A stretch of 64,000 nucleotides of DNA from an uncultured Candidatus Saccharibacteria bacterium (lineage in GTDB: Bacteria; Patescibacteriota; Minisyncoccia; Phycocordibacterales; UBA5272), in NCBI GenBank assembly GCA_964420875.1, contig CAYQUK010000001.1, positions 9,946 to 73,945 of the forward strand. Reading direction: 5' to 3'. Every line of letters starts with the position of its first letter. The stretch's first letter is position 1. Under the pieces are notes generated by a model, which worked only from the letters and a program-made list of their open reading frames with translations, did not search any database and was not told the DNA's origin. Shown here in pieces: positions 47,742 to 56,143 of this stretch. A program made the translations under genes and the position numbers.

Positions 47742-48551
47742 ATGAAAAAATATCAAGTATTAGGATTAGCTGTTATGGCAACATTTGCTTTGGCTAGTGC
47801 ACAGGATGGCATGATGCCACCTACTTCTGTATCAGCAGAATTGAGAGCGTCAACAACGATGCCAAAACCAAAAATTATGCCACCACTTAGGCAGGAAATC
47901 AAAGAGATTAGAAATACTGCTCGTGATGCAGAGATGGAAAAATGGGAAGGTAAGTCTGCCTCGAGTACAGGCCCAAGACGTGAACTGATCGAGGACAGAA
48001 AAGAAATGCGTGATCAAAATCAAGGAGATAGAAAAGAATTGCGTATGGATACACGTGAGCAAATGAAAAATGCCTCATCTTCAGATGAGCGCCGTGCAAT
48101 AATGGAAGACGCTAGGGGTAAACGTGAAGATATGCGTGCCTCAAATACAGAAGAGAGAAAAGAGATGAATGAGAGATCTAGAGAGTTAGCAAAAAATAGA
48201 GTTGCTCAAACTGTAGAGAGATTAAAAATGGTAACTGTGCACCTTGAAAATGCATTAACTAGAACTGAGAAATTCATAGCAGATAAAAAGGCCTCTACAA
48301 CAGTGGATATGTCTAAATACGAAACAATGCTAACAAAAGCTAAATCATCTTTAGCTAATGTAAAGTCAGGCATAGCTGGTGTCGAGGTTATGGTGTCAGC
48401 ATCTACAACATTAACAGTTGAAAACAAAGATGCTATTAAGGTCTCTGTTAAGTCAGTACAAGATAATATTAAAATTTTCCAAGATGATTTGAAGGTTTTA
48501 TTAAGTGGTCTAAAGGACAGATCTATGTGGGATTTAAAGTCAGCAAAATAA
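47742..48551 (+). CDS. Secreted repetitive charged protein
   Basis: Signal peptide MKKYQVLGLAVMATFALASA. Recurring [E/D]RKE[M/L]R units (DRKEMRDQ, DRKELRMD, ERKEMNER). Confidence 0.5.
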   Translation: MKKYQVLGLAVMATFALASAQDGMMPPTSVSAELRASTTMPKPKIMPPLRQEIKEIRNTARDAEMEKWEGKSASSTGPRRELIEDRKEMRDQNQGDRKELRMDTREQMKNASSSDERRAIMEDARGKREDMRASNTEERKEMNERSRELAKNRVAQTVERLKMVTVHLENALTRTEKFIADKKASTTVDMSKYETMLTKAKSSLANVKSGIAGVEVMVSASTTLTVENKDAIKVSVKSVQDNIKIFQDDLKVLLSGLKDRSMWDLKSAK

Positions 48552-48558
48552 TAATTCT

Positions 48559-48801
48559 ATGAACAAAACAACTATAATTAGTACGGTGATTGTAATAGTG
48601 TTAGTGGTTGGGGGTTGGTATTTTTATACAACAATGAATACTGAGCCAGCTGTAGATGTAAAAGCAGAAATGCAAAGTGTTATAAAAAGTGATGCGACAA
48701 AGGACCAGAGCACACAACCAGAGGATATTTCTGCATCAGTTGATAATGTAGACATGGATGCACTCAATGCTCAGATCAGCGCTGATATGGGTAGTTTCTA
48801 A
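48559..48801 (+). CDS. Small single-TM protein
   Basis: 80 aa, N-terminal TM helix. Confidence 0.4.
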   Translation: MNKTTIISTVIVIVLVVGGWYFYTTMNTEPAVDVKAEMQSVIKSDATKDQSTQPEDISASVDNVDMDALNAQISADMGSF

Positions 48802-48871
48802 TTAAATATTCTATAATTTAGTTAACAAAAAAGTGGTCGAAAAGGCTGCTTTTTTGTGTTAGTATTAATAT

Positions 48872-50449
48872 ATGAACAAAGAGCTAGCAGACCTACTTTT
48901 CCCAGATATTGTGAAGCATCGTAAGGATTTTGAGGCTGTGTATCCAAAGCGTAACTTGCCATCTGGTGCTGAGGTGTTGCGCGTTGCCCCATCTCCGACA
49001 GGGCCTATGCATATCGGCACTGTGTATATGTCACTAGTGAGCAAAGCTGTTGCGGTAAATACTGGTGGAGTATTCATGTTGCGTATCGAGGACACTGATA
49101 CTGCGCGTGAGCTGGACGGCGCAAGAGAGTACATCATAAAAACTTTAGACGACTATGATCTTACACCAAATGAGGGTGAGAAAATGGATGGTAGCGAGAC
49201 GGGTGATTATGGTCCATACAGGCAAAGCAAAAGAAAAGACATATATGCAGCATTTGCATATGATTTTGTTTTGAATGGCTATGCATACCCATGTTTTATA
49301 AGTGAAGAAGAGTTGTCTGAAATGCGTGATCAGCAGACTGCAAATAAAATCAGAACCGGGGTGTATGGCGAGTATGCAAAACATCGCGATTTGTCACTAG
49401 AAGAAGTGAAAACAAAAATTGCTAATGGTGAGAAATATGTATTGCGTCTAAAGGCATCAGGATATCATTTAAAGAAAACGAAATTTGTAGATGAATTTTT
49501 GGGTGAACAAAATATCCCGGAGAATGACGAGGACTTTGTTTTGATTAAAAAAGACGAATTGCCAACTTATCATTTTGCTCATGTGGTAGATGATTACCTA
49601 ATGAGAACAACATTTGTAACCCGTGGTGAGGAGTGGTTATCATCAATGGGTAAACATATAGAGCTGTGGCAAAAAATAGGTACTCCTGTACTAAAATATG
49701 GTCACATAATGCCAATTAACAAACATGCTGGTGGTGGTGTTAGAAAGTTATCAAAGAGAAAAGACAGCGAGGCTACAATGAGTTTTTATCAAGAGAGCGG
49801 ATACACCAAAGAAAGCATTATCGCCTATCTTTACAGACTGGCTAATCCAGATTTTGACTCTTGGTGGGAAACAAATAGAGATGTATCAAAATATGTTCTA
49901 GATACAGATGCTATGAAGCGCAGCAGCCGTGGGCCGCTACTCGATTTTAAAAAGTTAGACGACATATCTAGTGATGTTATTGCTAGCAAGAGCGCGAGTG
50001 TGGTCGCAGACGAACTCCTCGCATGGGCGGAAAAATATGACACAGAGTTTTACAATGTTATATCAAAAGATAGGGCGTATCTAGAGCAGGTTTTAAACAT
50101 TGAAAGAGAGACAGAGAACCCACGTAAAGACATAGTGCGTTATGGTGTGGCACGCGAGCAAATAGAGTATTTCTTTGATGAGCTATACAAATCTGTAGAT
50201 ATTGATGCCGGCATAAAGACAAAGATACAAAGCCTATTAAACCAAGACTATTGGTATGATATGTCTCTAGACCTAGATGCTTGGATATTAAAAGTAAAAG
50301 AGGATGTTGCGGCTGCTGCACCAGATATGAAGTTCGGCGCATTCATGATGGAGATGCGTAAAGCGGTAACAGGAAAAGATAGAACCCCAAATATGTATTA
50401 TCTGTTAAATGTTTTGGGTAAAGAGAGGGTGTTAAAAAGGTTTGTATAA
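48872..50449 (+). CDS. gltX: Glutamyl-tRNA synthetase (probably non-discriminating, given gatCA)
   Basis: PSPTGPMHIGT (HIGH), KLSKRK (KMSKS). 525 aa. Confidence 0.85.
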   Translation: MNKELADLLFPDIVKHRKDFEAVYPKRNLPSGAEVLRVAPSPTGPMHIGTVYMSLVSKAVAVNTGGVFMLRIEDTDTARELDGAREYIIKTLDDYDLTPNEGEKMDGSETGDYGPYRQSKRKDIYAAFAYDFVLNGYAYPCFISEEELSEMRDQQTANKIRTGVYGEYAKHRDLSLEEVKTKIANGEKYVLRLKASGYHLKKTKFVDEFLGEQNIPENDEDFVLIKKDELPTYHFAHVVDDYLMRTTFVTRGEEWLSSMGKHIELWQKIGTPVLKYGHIMPINKHAGGGVRKLSKRKDSEATMSFYQESGYTKESIIAYLYRLANPDFDSWWETNRDVSKYVLDTDAMKRSSRGPLLDFKKLDDISSDVIASKSASVVADELLAWAEKYDTEFYNVISKDRAYLEQVLNIERETENPRKDIVRYGVAREQIEYFFDELYKSVDIDAGIKTKIQSLLNQDYWYDMSLDLDAWILKVKEDVAAAAPDMKFGAFMMEMRKAVTGKDRTPNMYYLLNVLGKERVLKRFV

Positions 50450-50479
50450 TAAAGTATATTTTATACTTTAAAACGAAAC

Positions 50480-51244
50480 CTAGTTCTCATTTTTATTTAG
50501 TAGTATAACTATTTTTGTCAGGTTCACTATATCGTCAACACTGCATCCACGAGATAGGTCCATCATGGGCTTGTTCAGACCTTGTATTACTGGTCCTATA
50601 GCTTTTGCGCCACCTATACGCTCGGCTATTTTGTAGCCTATGTTTGCACTGTTTAGATCTGGGAATATAAATATATTTGCGTGTCCTGCTACTGTGCTGT
50701 TGCTAGATTTTATTTTGGCTGTGTTAATATCATAGGCCGCATCAAATTGCATCTCCCCATCAATATTTAGGTCCGGTCTCAAGGCTTGTATGTTATTTTT
50801 TACTATTCGCATTTTCTCGACACTTTCACCATCAGCAGAGCCAAGAGTTGAGTACGAGAGTAGAGCGATAGCCGGTACCTGTTTTGTTATTTTATAAAAG
50901 TTGTCTGCAGTGTTGATTGTTATTTGTGTCAGTTGTTCCGCTGTTGGGCTCGGTACCACAGCGCAGTCGGCAAATGCAAAAGTCTTGTCACTATGAGTCA
51001 TGAGCATAAAGCTAGATACCAGACCATTTCTTGTGCCAACTGTTTTGATACCTGCACGCAATACGTCCGCTGTGCTGTTTGCGGCCCCAGCTATAACAGT
51101 ATCCACCTTTCCATCCAGCAAGTCCTTTGCAGCGATAGAGAGGTCGTTATCGCCAAGTATCGCCTCACAGATATTTTCTTTGTTCAGGATATTTACAGCC
51201 TCAACTATTCTGGTGTCATCTTTTTCTGGAAAAAGTATTTTCAT
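50480..51244 (-). CDS. pta: Phosphate acetyl/butyryl-transferase family protein (short Pta-like)
   Basis: 254 aa. PTA_PTB-like C-terminal region (AGHANIFIFPDLNSANIGYK...GPVIQG). No acetate kinase seen nearby. Confidence 0.55.
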   Translation of the reverse strand: MKILFPEKDDTRIVEAVNILNKENICEAILGDNDLSIAAKDLLDGKVDTVIAGAANSTADVLRAGIKTVGTRNGLVSSFMLMTHSDKTFAFADCAVVPSPTAEQLTQITINTADNFYKITKQVPAIALLSYSTLGSADGESVEKMRIVKNNIQALRPDLNIDGEMQFDAAYDINTAKIKSSNSTVAGHANIFIFPDLNSANIGYKIAERIGGAKAIGPVIQGLNKPMMDLSRGCSVDDIVNLTKIVILLNKNEN

Positions 51245-51245
51245 A

Positions 51246-51977
51246 TTATTTGGTTAATGCTTTCATGCTCCTCAGTGTTAGGTATAAAAACATTTTCCAA
51301 TTTAGTTTTTCCTTCCAGAGGTTATTTGTGTTTTCTTTGTATTTGTTTTTTAATACATCAGTGAGGCCGTTAACGGTGTATCCATTTGAGTCAGTAGAGT
51401 TAATGTTTCTGTAGATAAAGTCAAAAGGTAACTGTGCAAAATAGTAAAGCTCCTCACCATTTTTAACATGCTTAGAAAATTTGTACTTTACAGCCTCTCT
51501 CGTTTTGATTGTGTGTGTCGCATCGCCATATATATTGCGCAACATTAACATATCCCAAAAGTAGTTGTACTTTTCTTTTTTAGTTTTAACTTTGGTTAAG
51601 TTTTCGTTACCTGTCGTTCTGTTTGTTATGAGCCAGTTGTGACTTTCTTTTTCCAAGACGTTGTTTATATTTTCTAAGGCATCGCCATATAGCCAGTCAT
51701 CGTCGTCTAGGAATATCACATAGTCACTCTCTAAATCTTTTGCTTTCTCTAATGCTGTATTGCGAGAAAAGTTAACCCCAGAGTTTTTATTATTCTTTAT
51801 ATATATTATTTTATCGTTGCCAGTGTAGTTGTTTTCAAAGCTTGTGTAATCATAATCAGGGGAGTCGTTGATGATAACCATTTGAAAGTTTTGATATGTC
51901 TGATCCAAGGCACTCTCTACGGCACGGGTCAGCTCATCAGGCCTGTTATATGTTGGTGTTATGATTGTGAATTTCAT
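51246..51977 (-). CDS. Family 2 glycosyltransferase
   Basis: IITPTYNRPDELTRAVESALDQTY, DDD region. Confidence 0.75.
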   Translation of the reverse strand: MKFTIITPTYNRPDELTRAVESALDQTYQNFQMVIINDSPDYDYTSFENNYTGNDKIIYIKNNKNSGVNFSRNTALEKAKDLESDYVIFLDDDDWLYGDALENINNVLEKESHNWLITNRTTGNENLTKVKTKKEKYNYFWDMLMLRNIYGDATHTIKTREAVKYKFSKHVKNGEELYYFAQLPFDFIYRNINSTDSNGYTVNGLTDVLKNKYKENTNNLWKEKLNWKMFLYLTLRSMKALTK

Positions 51978-51978
51978 A

Positions 51979-52680
51979 TTATATTACTCGGAATATTTTT
52001 TTGAGTACCTTTTTTACACCCAGCTTTTCTGATACTGTAACGCCGAGCTTGTGTAGACCTACTCTCTTTGCCAGCTTTATCATCGGGTGCCCCCATGAAT
52101 AGTTCCACATATGTACTGCATAGCTTTCGCTAGGTGCATTGGTATAGTTAAACTTTTTAATATTCTCTGCGGTGTATGGGTAAAAGTATTTTGATTCGAA
52201 GACTTTTACGTTACTAAGTTTGTCTTTATTTTCATTATAAATTTGTGTCAGGACTCGAGGTATAGTTATCAGTGTTTTGGTATTCGCATTGTAGTACTCC
52301 AAACATTTGTCTATGAATAAGCTGTGTGGGGTGGACGCTACCATACCAGCACTGATATGTATCTCGTCCTCTTTCCCTAACACTAGATCATTATCTAAAA
52401 AGTCATCAAAAGATTTTAATACAAACATGTCAGTGTCGAGATATATGCCCCCATGTTCACGCAGTATGATGAGGCGGGCATAGTCAGCCACGAATGCCCA
52501 TTTTCTTTGTGCATAGACATTGCGAGTGTATTCGTATTTGCTGATATCAAAGTTACTTTCATTCCACTCTATTATCTCGTACTCAGGCAACAGCTTTCGC
52601 CATGAGGCTATGCATCTCTCAATCAGCTCGCCTTTCTGTCCATTACCAAACCAGCAATAGTGTATAGTTTTGGGTATCAT
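51979..52680 (-). CDS. GT32-like glycosyltransferase (DXD sugar-binding region, OCH1-like)
   Basis: IPKTIHYCWFG hallmark, DTD motif. Confidence 0.65.
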   Translation of the reverse strand: MIPKTIHYCWFGNGQKGELIERCIASWRKLLPEYEIIEWNESNFDISKYEYTRNVYAQRKWAFVADYARLIILREHGGIYLDTDMFVLKSFDDFLDNDLVLGKEDEIHISAGMVASTPHSLFIDKCLEYYNANTKTLITIPRVLTQIYNENKDKLSNVKVFESKYFYPYTAENIKKFNYTNAPSESYAVHMWNYSWGHPMIKLAKRVGLHKLGVTVSEKLGVKKVLKKIFRVI

Positions 52681-52681
52681 A

Positions 52682-53740
52682 TTATTTATACAAAAACAAA
52701 GTCTTTTCTATCATCTTCTCAAAATCAAAACGTTTGTCATCCCATTTAAAATCTGTAGGGAGTGGCTCGTTCAGTATATCCATCAGGTCTGTATCGTATT
52801 TGTATAGGCGGGCATAAGGTAGGTCACGTATTATCTCTGGCACACCTCCAACATGGCGGGCTATGACTGGTATGCCGGCTTGTAATGCCTCGAGCAACAC
52901 ATAGCCGAGAGCCTCAGTGCGTGAGGGTAATAGGAATGCATCGTATTGAGGAAGTAGGGACTTTGCATTATTGATATGGCCATAGAGAGTGACACGTTTT
53001 TCTAATTTTTTCTCACGGATTAACTTTTCAAGTTTGCCCCTGCTGCTACCTTCACCTATGATGTGATACTGTATATTTTTGATTTGCGGCAATATGCGCA
53101 GCACTGTATCGTGGGCCTTGTTGTGATTGAGTTCGCCAATACTGACTATGTGTTTTATTTTTTTATTCTTATCTCCATCTGAAAGTTTTGGTAACTGTTT
53201 ATAGTCACCTTTTTGTATGCCGTTGTATACCACTACCATTTTCTTTTTGATAAAGCTTGGAGCACGCAAAGACTGCACAACATTTTCTGATACGGCTATA
53301 GTGCGATGTGACAACGACACCGTCATCCACATGAGTAGTCGTAGTACAGTCTTTGTAAAAATATTTCTGTCCTCGTTATGTGGCCAACCGTGAGCTGTGA
53401 ATATTATAAGAGGCACACTAGCAAGTCTCGCTGCAATCGCTCCAAACATTGATATTTTTGAGCTATGCAGATGTACTATGTCCGGCTTTTCTTTATCCAG
53501 ATAAAAATAAAGATCAAATAAATTTTTGAATGCCGTAAAGGGATTCATGTTATTTTTAATTTTTAGATTTACTGTGCGTATTTTTTTGCTAGATATTTTT
53601 TCTAAAAGCTCGCCGTCATTTCCGCTAGCTACAACTACCTCATAGTTATTGTATATCTTTGGATGGGTGGCCAAATCATGAACTGCTTTTTGAGCTCCGC
53701 CCCAGTTGGACTTGGTAATCAGATATACTATCTTTTTCAC
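52682..53740 (-). CDS. Family 4 (GT-B) glycosyltransferase
   Basis: EALGYVLLEALQAGIPVIA motif. Start set at GTG (VKKIVYLITK) to avoid the CATATG start shared with the divergent gene. The tabulated ORF runs to 53974. Confidence 0.65.
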   Translation of the reverse strand: MKKIVYLITKSNWGGAQKAVHDLATHPKIYNNYEVVVASGNDGELLEKISSKKIRTVNLKIKNNMNPFTAFKNLFDLYFYLDKEKPDIVHLHSSKISMFGAIAARLASVPLIIFTAHGWPHNEDRNIFTKTVLRLLMWMTVSLSHRTIAVSENVVQSLRAPSFIKKKMVVVYNGIQKGDYKQLPKLSDGDKNKKIKHIVSIGELNHNKAHDTVLRILPQIKNIQYHIIGEGSSRGKLEKLIREKKLEKRVTLYGHINNAKSLLPQYDAFLLPSRTEALGYVLLEALQAGIPVIARHVGGVPEIIRDLPYARLYKYDTDLMDILNEPLPTDFKWDDKRFDFEKMIEKTLFLYK

Positions 53741-53779
53741 ATATCCATTATAGCAGATGGATGTTATACTTATACACAT

Positions 53780-54844
53780 ATGCAGAAAACCCTTTTTATT
53801 ACAGGCGGAGCCGGATATATAGGCCAAATGTTGGTGGATTTGTACGCTGCCCGCCCAGATGTAAAGATGATAATAGCTCTCGATAAGGAGTCTGAGCCTG
53901 ACATGTATAAGACTCACGCAAATAGAGATAAATTGGTCTATATACACGCAAATACTAGTGATAAAACTTGGCAATCAAAAGTGGCACAGTACTCTCCAGA
54001 GATAGTAATACACACAGCATGGCAGATACGTGAGATATATGGTAACAGACCGCTGTCGTATAAATGGAATATTGATGGGTCTGACGAGATATTTGATTTT
54101 TGTTTTGAAAATAAATTTGTAGAGAGACTGACTTATTTTTCTACTGTTGCATCATATGGGGCATTTGCAGACAATAGCCTGGACTACAGATATGTTGAGA
54201 CTGACCCATTTAGAAAGACAAATTATCTTTATGCCGAAGAGAAGAGATGGGTAGAGGAACATCTAGAGAAAAAAATAAAAGAGAATAATGAGAAGGGTGG
54301 GCATATGCCGACAATATCTGTTGTGCGTCCTGCAGCTATATCCGGTCCACGAGGAAGGTACGATCGTGTACGTTTTGGTTTGCAATCAGCTCTCTCTGGG
54401 GCGTTAAAGGGAAATTTTGTTTACAAGATTGTTTCAGCGATGGTTTCATTTGTTCCTGTGACTCCAAAATGGTTGAGGCAATATATACATGAGGACGATG
54501 TGGCTGATCTGGTCGCTCTCCTTTCTTTTGATCCAAAAGTAAATCATAAATATGAAGTGTTCAATATATGTCCTCCTGGCGACGTGGTTCTCGGTCCTGA
54601 TATGGCAAAGGCAGTAGGTAAAAAGACATTGCCGATATATCCGTGGATGGCGAGATTGGCGTTTTTCTTTTTCTGGCACGCGACTAGAGGCAGAATACCA
54701 ACAGCGGAAGGAAGCTGGAAAGGTTATAGCTACCCGATAGCAGTTGACGGCAGCAAGCTGACCCGTATGTATGGATACAATTATAAATTTGGATCTAGGG
54801 ATGCCTTTGCAAAAAATGAAGGACGTTATGCTAAACTTAAATAA
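53780..54844 (+). CDS. NAD-dependent epimerase/dehydratase (extended SDR)
   Basis: TGGAGYIG Rossmann motif 4 residues after ATG 53780. YxxxK region. Confidence 0.75.
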   Translation: MQKTLFITGGAGYIGQMLVDLYAARPDVKMIIALDKESEPDMYKTHANRDKLVYIHANTSDKTWQSKVAQYSPEIVIHTAWQIREIYGNRPLSYKWNIDGSDEIFDFCFENKFVERLTYFSTVASYGAFADNSLDYRYVETDPFRKTNYLYAEEKRWVEEHLEKKIKENNEKGGHMPTISVVRPAAISGPRGRYDRVRFGLQSALSGALKGNFVYKIVSAMVSFVPVTPKWLRQYIHEDDVADLVALLSFDPKVNHKYEVFNICPPGDVVLGPDMAKAVGKKTLPIYPWMARLAFFFFWHATRGRIPTAEGSWKGYSYPIAVDGSKLTRMYGYNYKFGSRDAFAKNEGRYAKLK

Positions 54845-54847
54845 CAT

Positions 54848-55012
54848 ATGGAATTACTATTAGTTGCAATATTAGTTTTTATTATCATCAAGTTGTATGT
54901 TATGCATCACAAGATATCTGAGATGCAAAAAGACATTCATCTCATATCTATGGGCAAGTTAAAATCAATGTCGCAGACTGAGATGCATCCAGGTCATCAT
55001 AAAGAAAATTAA
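54848..55012 (+). CDS. Possible 54-aa membrane peptide
   Basis: MELLLVAILVFIIIKLYVMHHKISEMQ... ATG 3 nt after the upstream stop. Speculative. Confidence 0.25.
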   Translation: MELLLVAILVFIIIKLYVMHHKISEMQKDIHLISMGKLKSMSQTEMHPGHHKEN

Positions 55013-55046
55013 TCTGGTGTTTATGTTTGTGGTATAATCAGCAAAT

Positions 55047-55670
55047 ATGAATACATTTTTGAACTCCCTTGACTGGAGATTTGCTGTCAAAGAATTTGAT
55101 ACCAATAAAAAAGTCTCATCAGAAGACATACAGAAAATAAAAGACGCGATTAGATTTGCTCCGTCTTCGTTTGGCATACAGCCTTTTCGTGTGATTGTAA
55201 TAGAAGATCAAAAATTAAAAGATGATTTAAAGGAGGCGAGTTTTGGTAATAAACAAGTCAACACTTGTTCTCACCTTTTTGTTTTTGTTGCAAAAACTGA
55301 TTTACAAAAAAGAATAGGGGAATATGCTGAGCTCATAAAATCTAAAAGCGACGCAGGTCTATTTGATAGAATGAAATTTGAAATGGGAGCTAGAGCATTT
55401 TTTGGTTTGGTTGGCATGAGTGATGAGAAAAAGCTTCGCGTAGCTAGTAATCAGGCCTACATAGCCCTCGGTTTCGCCCTGGCGGCATGTGCTGAGCTAC
55501 GAATAGACAGCGCTCCTATGGAGGGATTTTCAGCTGACCAATACAAAGAGATACTATGTCTGGCTGATGATGAGTACGCTGCGGTTATAATGGGTGTCGG
55601 TTATCGCATATCCGAACCAGCTTTTACAAAGACTAGATTTAGCGAAGAGGAGATATTTGAGAGTAAATAG
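55047..55670 (+). CDS. Nitroreductase-family FMN oxidoreductase
   Basis: N-terminal LNSLDWRFAVKEF...IQPFRVIVI pattern of NfsB-like nitroreductases. 207 aa. Confidence 0.75.
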   Translation: MNTFLNSLDWRFAVKEFDTNKKVSSEDIQKIKDAIRFAPSSFGIQPFRVIVIEDQKLKDDLKEASFGNKQVNTCSHLFVFVAKTDLQKRIGEYAELIKSKSDAGLFDRMKFEMGARAFFGLVGMSDEKKLRVASNQAYIALGFALAACAELRIDSAPMEGFSADQYKEILCLADDEYAAVIMGVGYRISEPAFTKTRFSEEEIFESK

Positions 55671-55976
55671 TCTGCTTTACATTTTAAATACAAAAGAGTA
55701 GGATTGATGTTAGGGTGAAGTTGTGAGGATCTTTTACTGAGAGAGCAAGAAACAGACCTTCGTTTCCTTTTGGTCTGTTAAGATTCAGGATATATGTGTT
55801 GCGGCCTTGTAAGTGCCTTGGGTCAATGCATAGATACTTCTGACTTGCTGTTTCGGCTTTAACTCATCGTGAAAAGTCGAAAAAGGGTTAATCATACCTA
55901 ATTTATATTTGCAAAGCTGATTACCGTCAGCTAAGCGAAGACAGCGGCATGCTTTACATCTTCACCCTACCCCCTG

Positions 55977-56007
55977 GTCGCCCCAAAAGGCGACTTTTGT
56001 TTTTCTT
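55977..56007 (+). terminator. Rho-independent terminator inside the long rpoB upstream region
   Basis: gtcgcc-ccaaaa-ggcgac followed by ttttgtttttctt. Confidence 0.7.
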
Positions 56008-56028
56008 CAGTTTTCCACTGAAAATCGC

Positions 56029-56056
56029 TTGTGTTATCTATAGAATATGGTATAAT
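56029..56056 (+). promoter_or_regulatory. Putative sigma70 promoter (extended -10) for rpoBC
   Basis: TTGTGT, 16 nt spacer, TGgTATAAT, about 90 nt upstream of the rpoB ATG. Followed by a cgcgct/agcgcg hairpin in the leader. Confidence 0.45.
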
Positions 56057-56143
56057 TCCCAAGCGCTGATTACGATTGTGTATTGGATAGCGCGCTTGAG
56101 AGTCATATTAATAGCGCGTTTATAATTTTTAAAATTTAAATTT

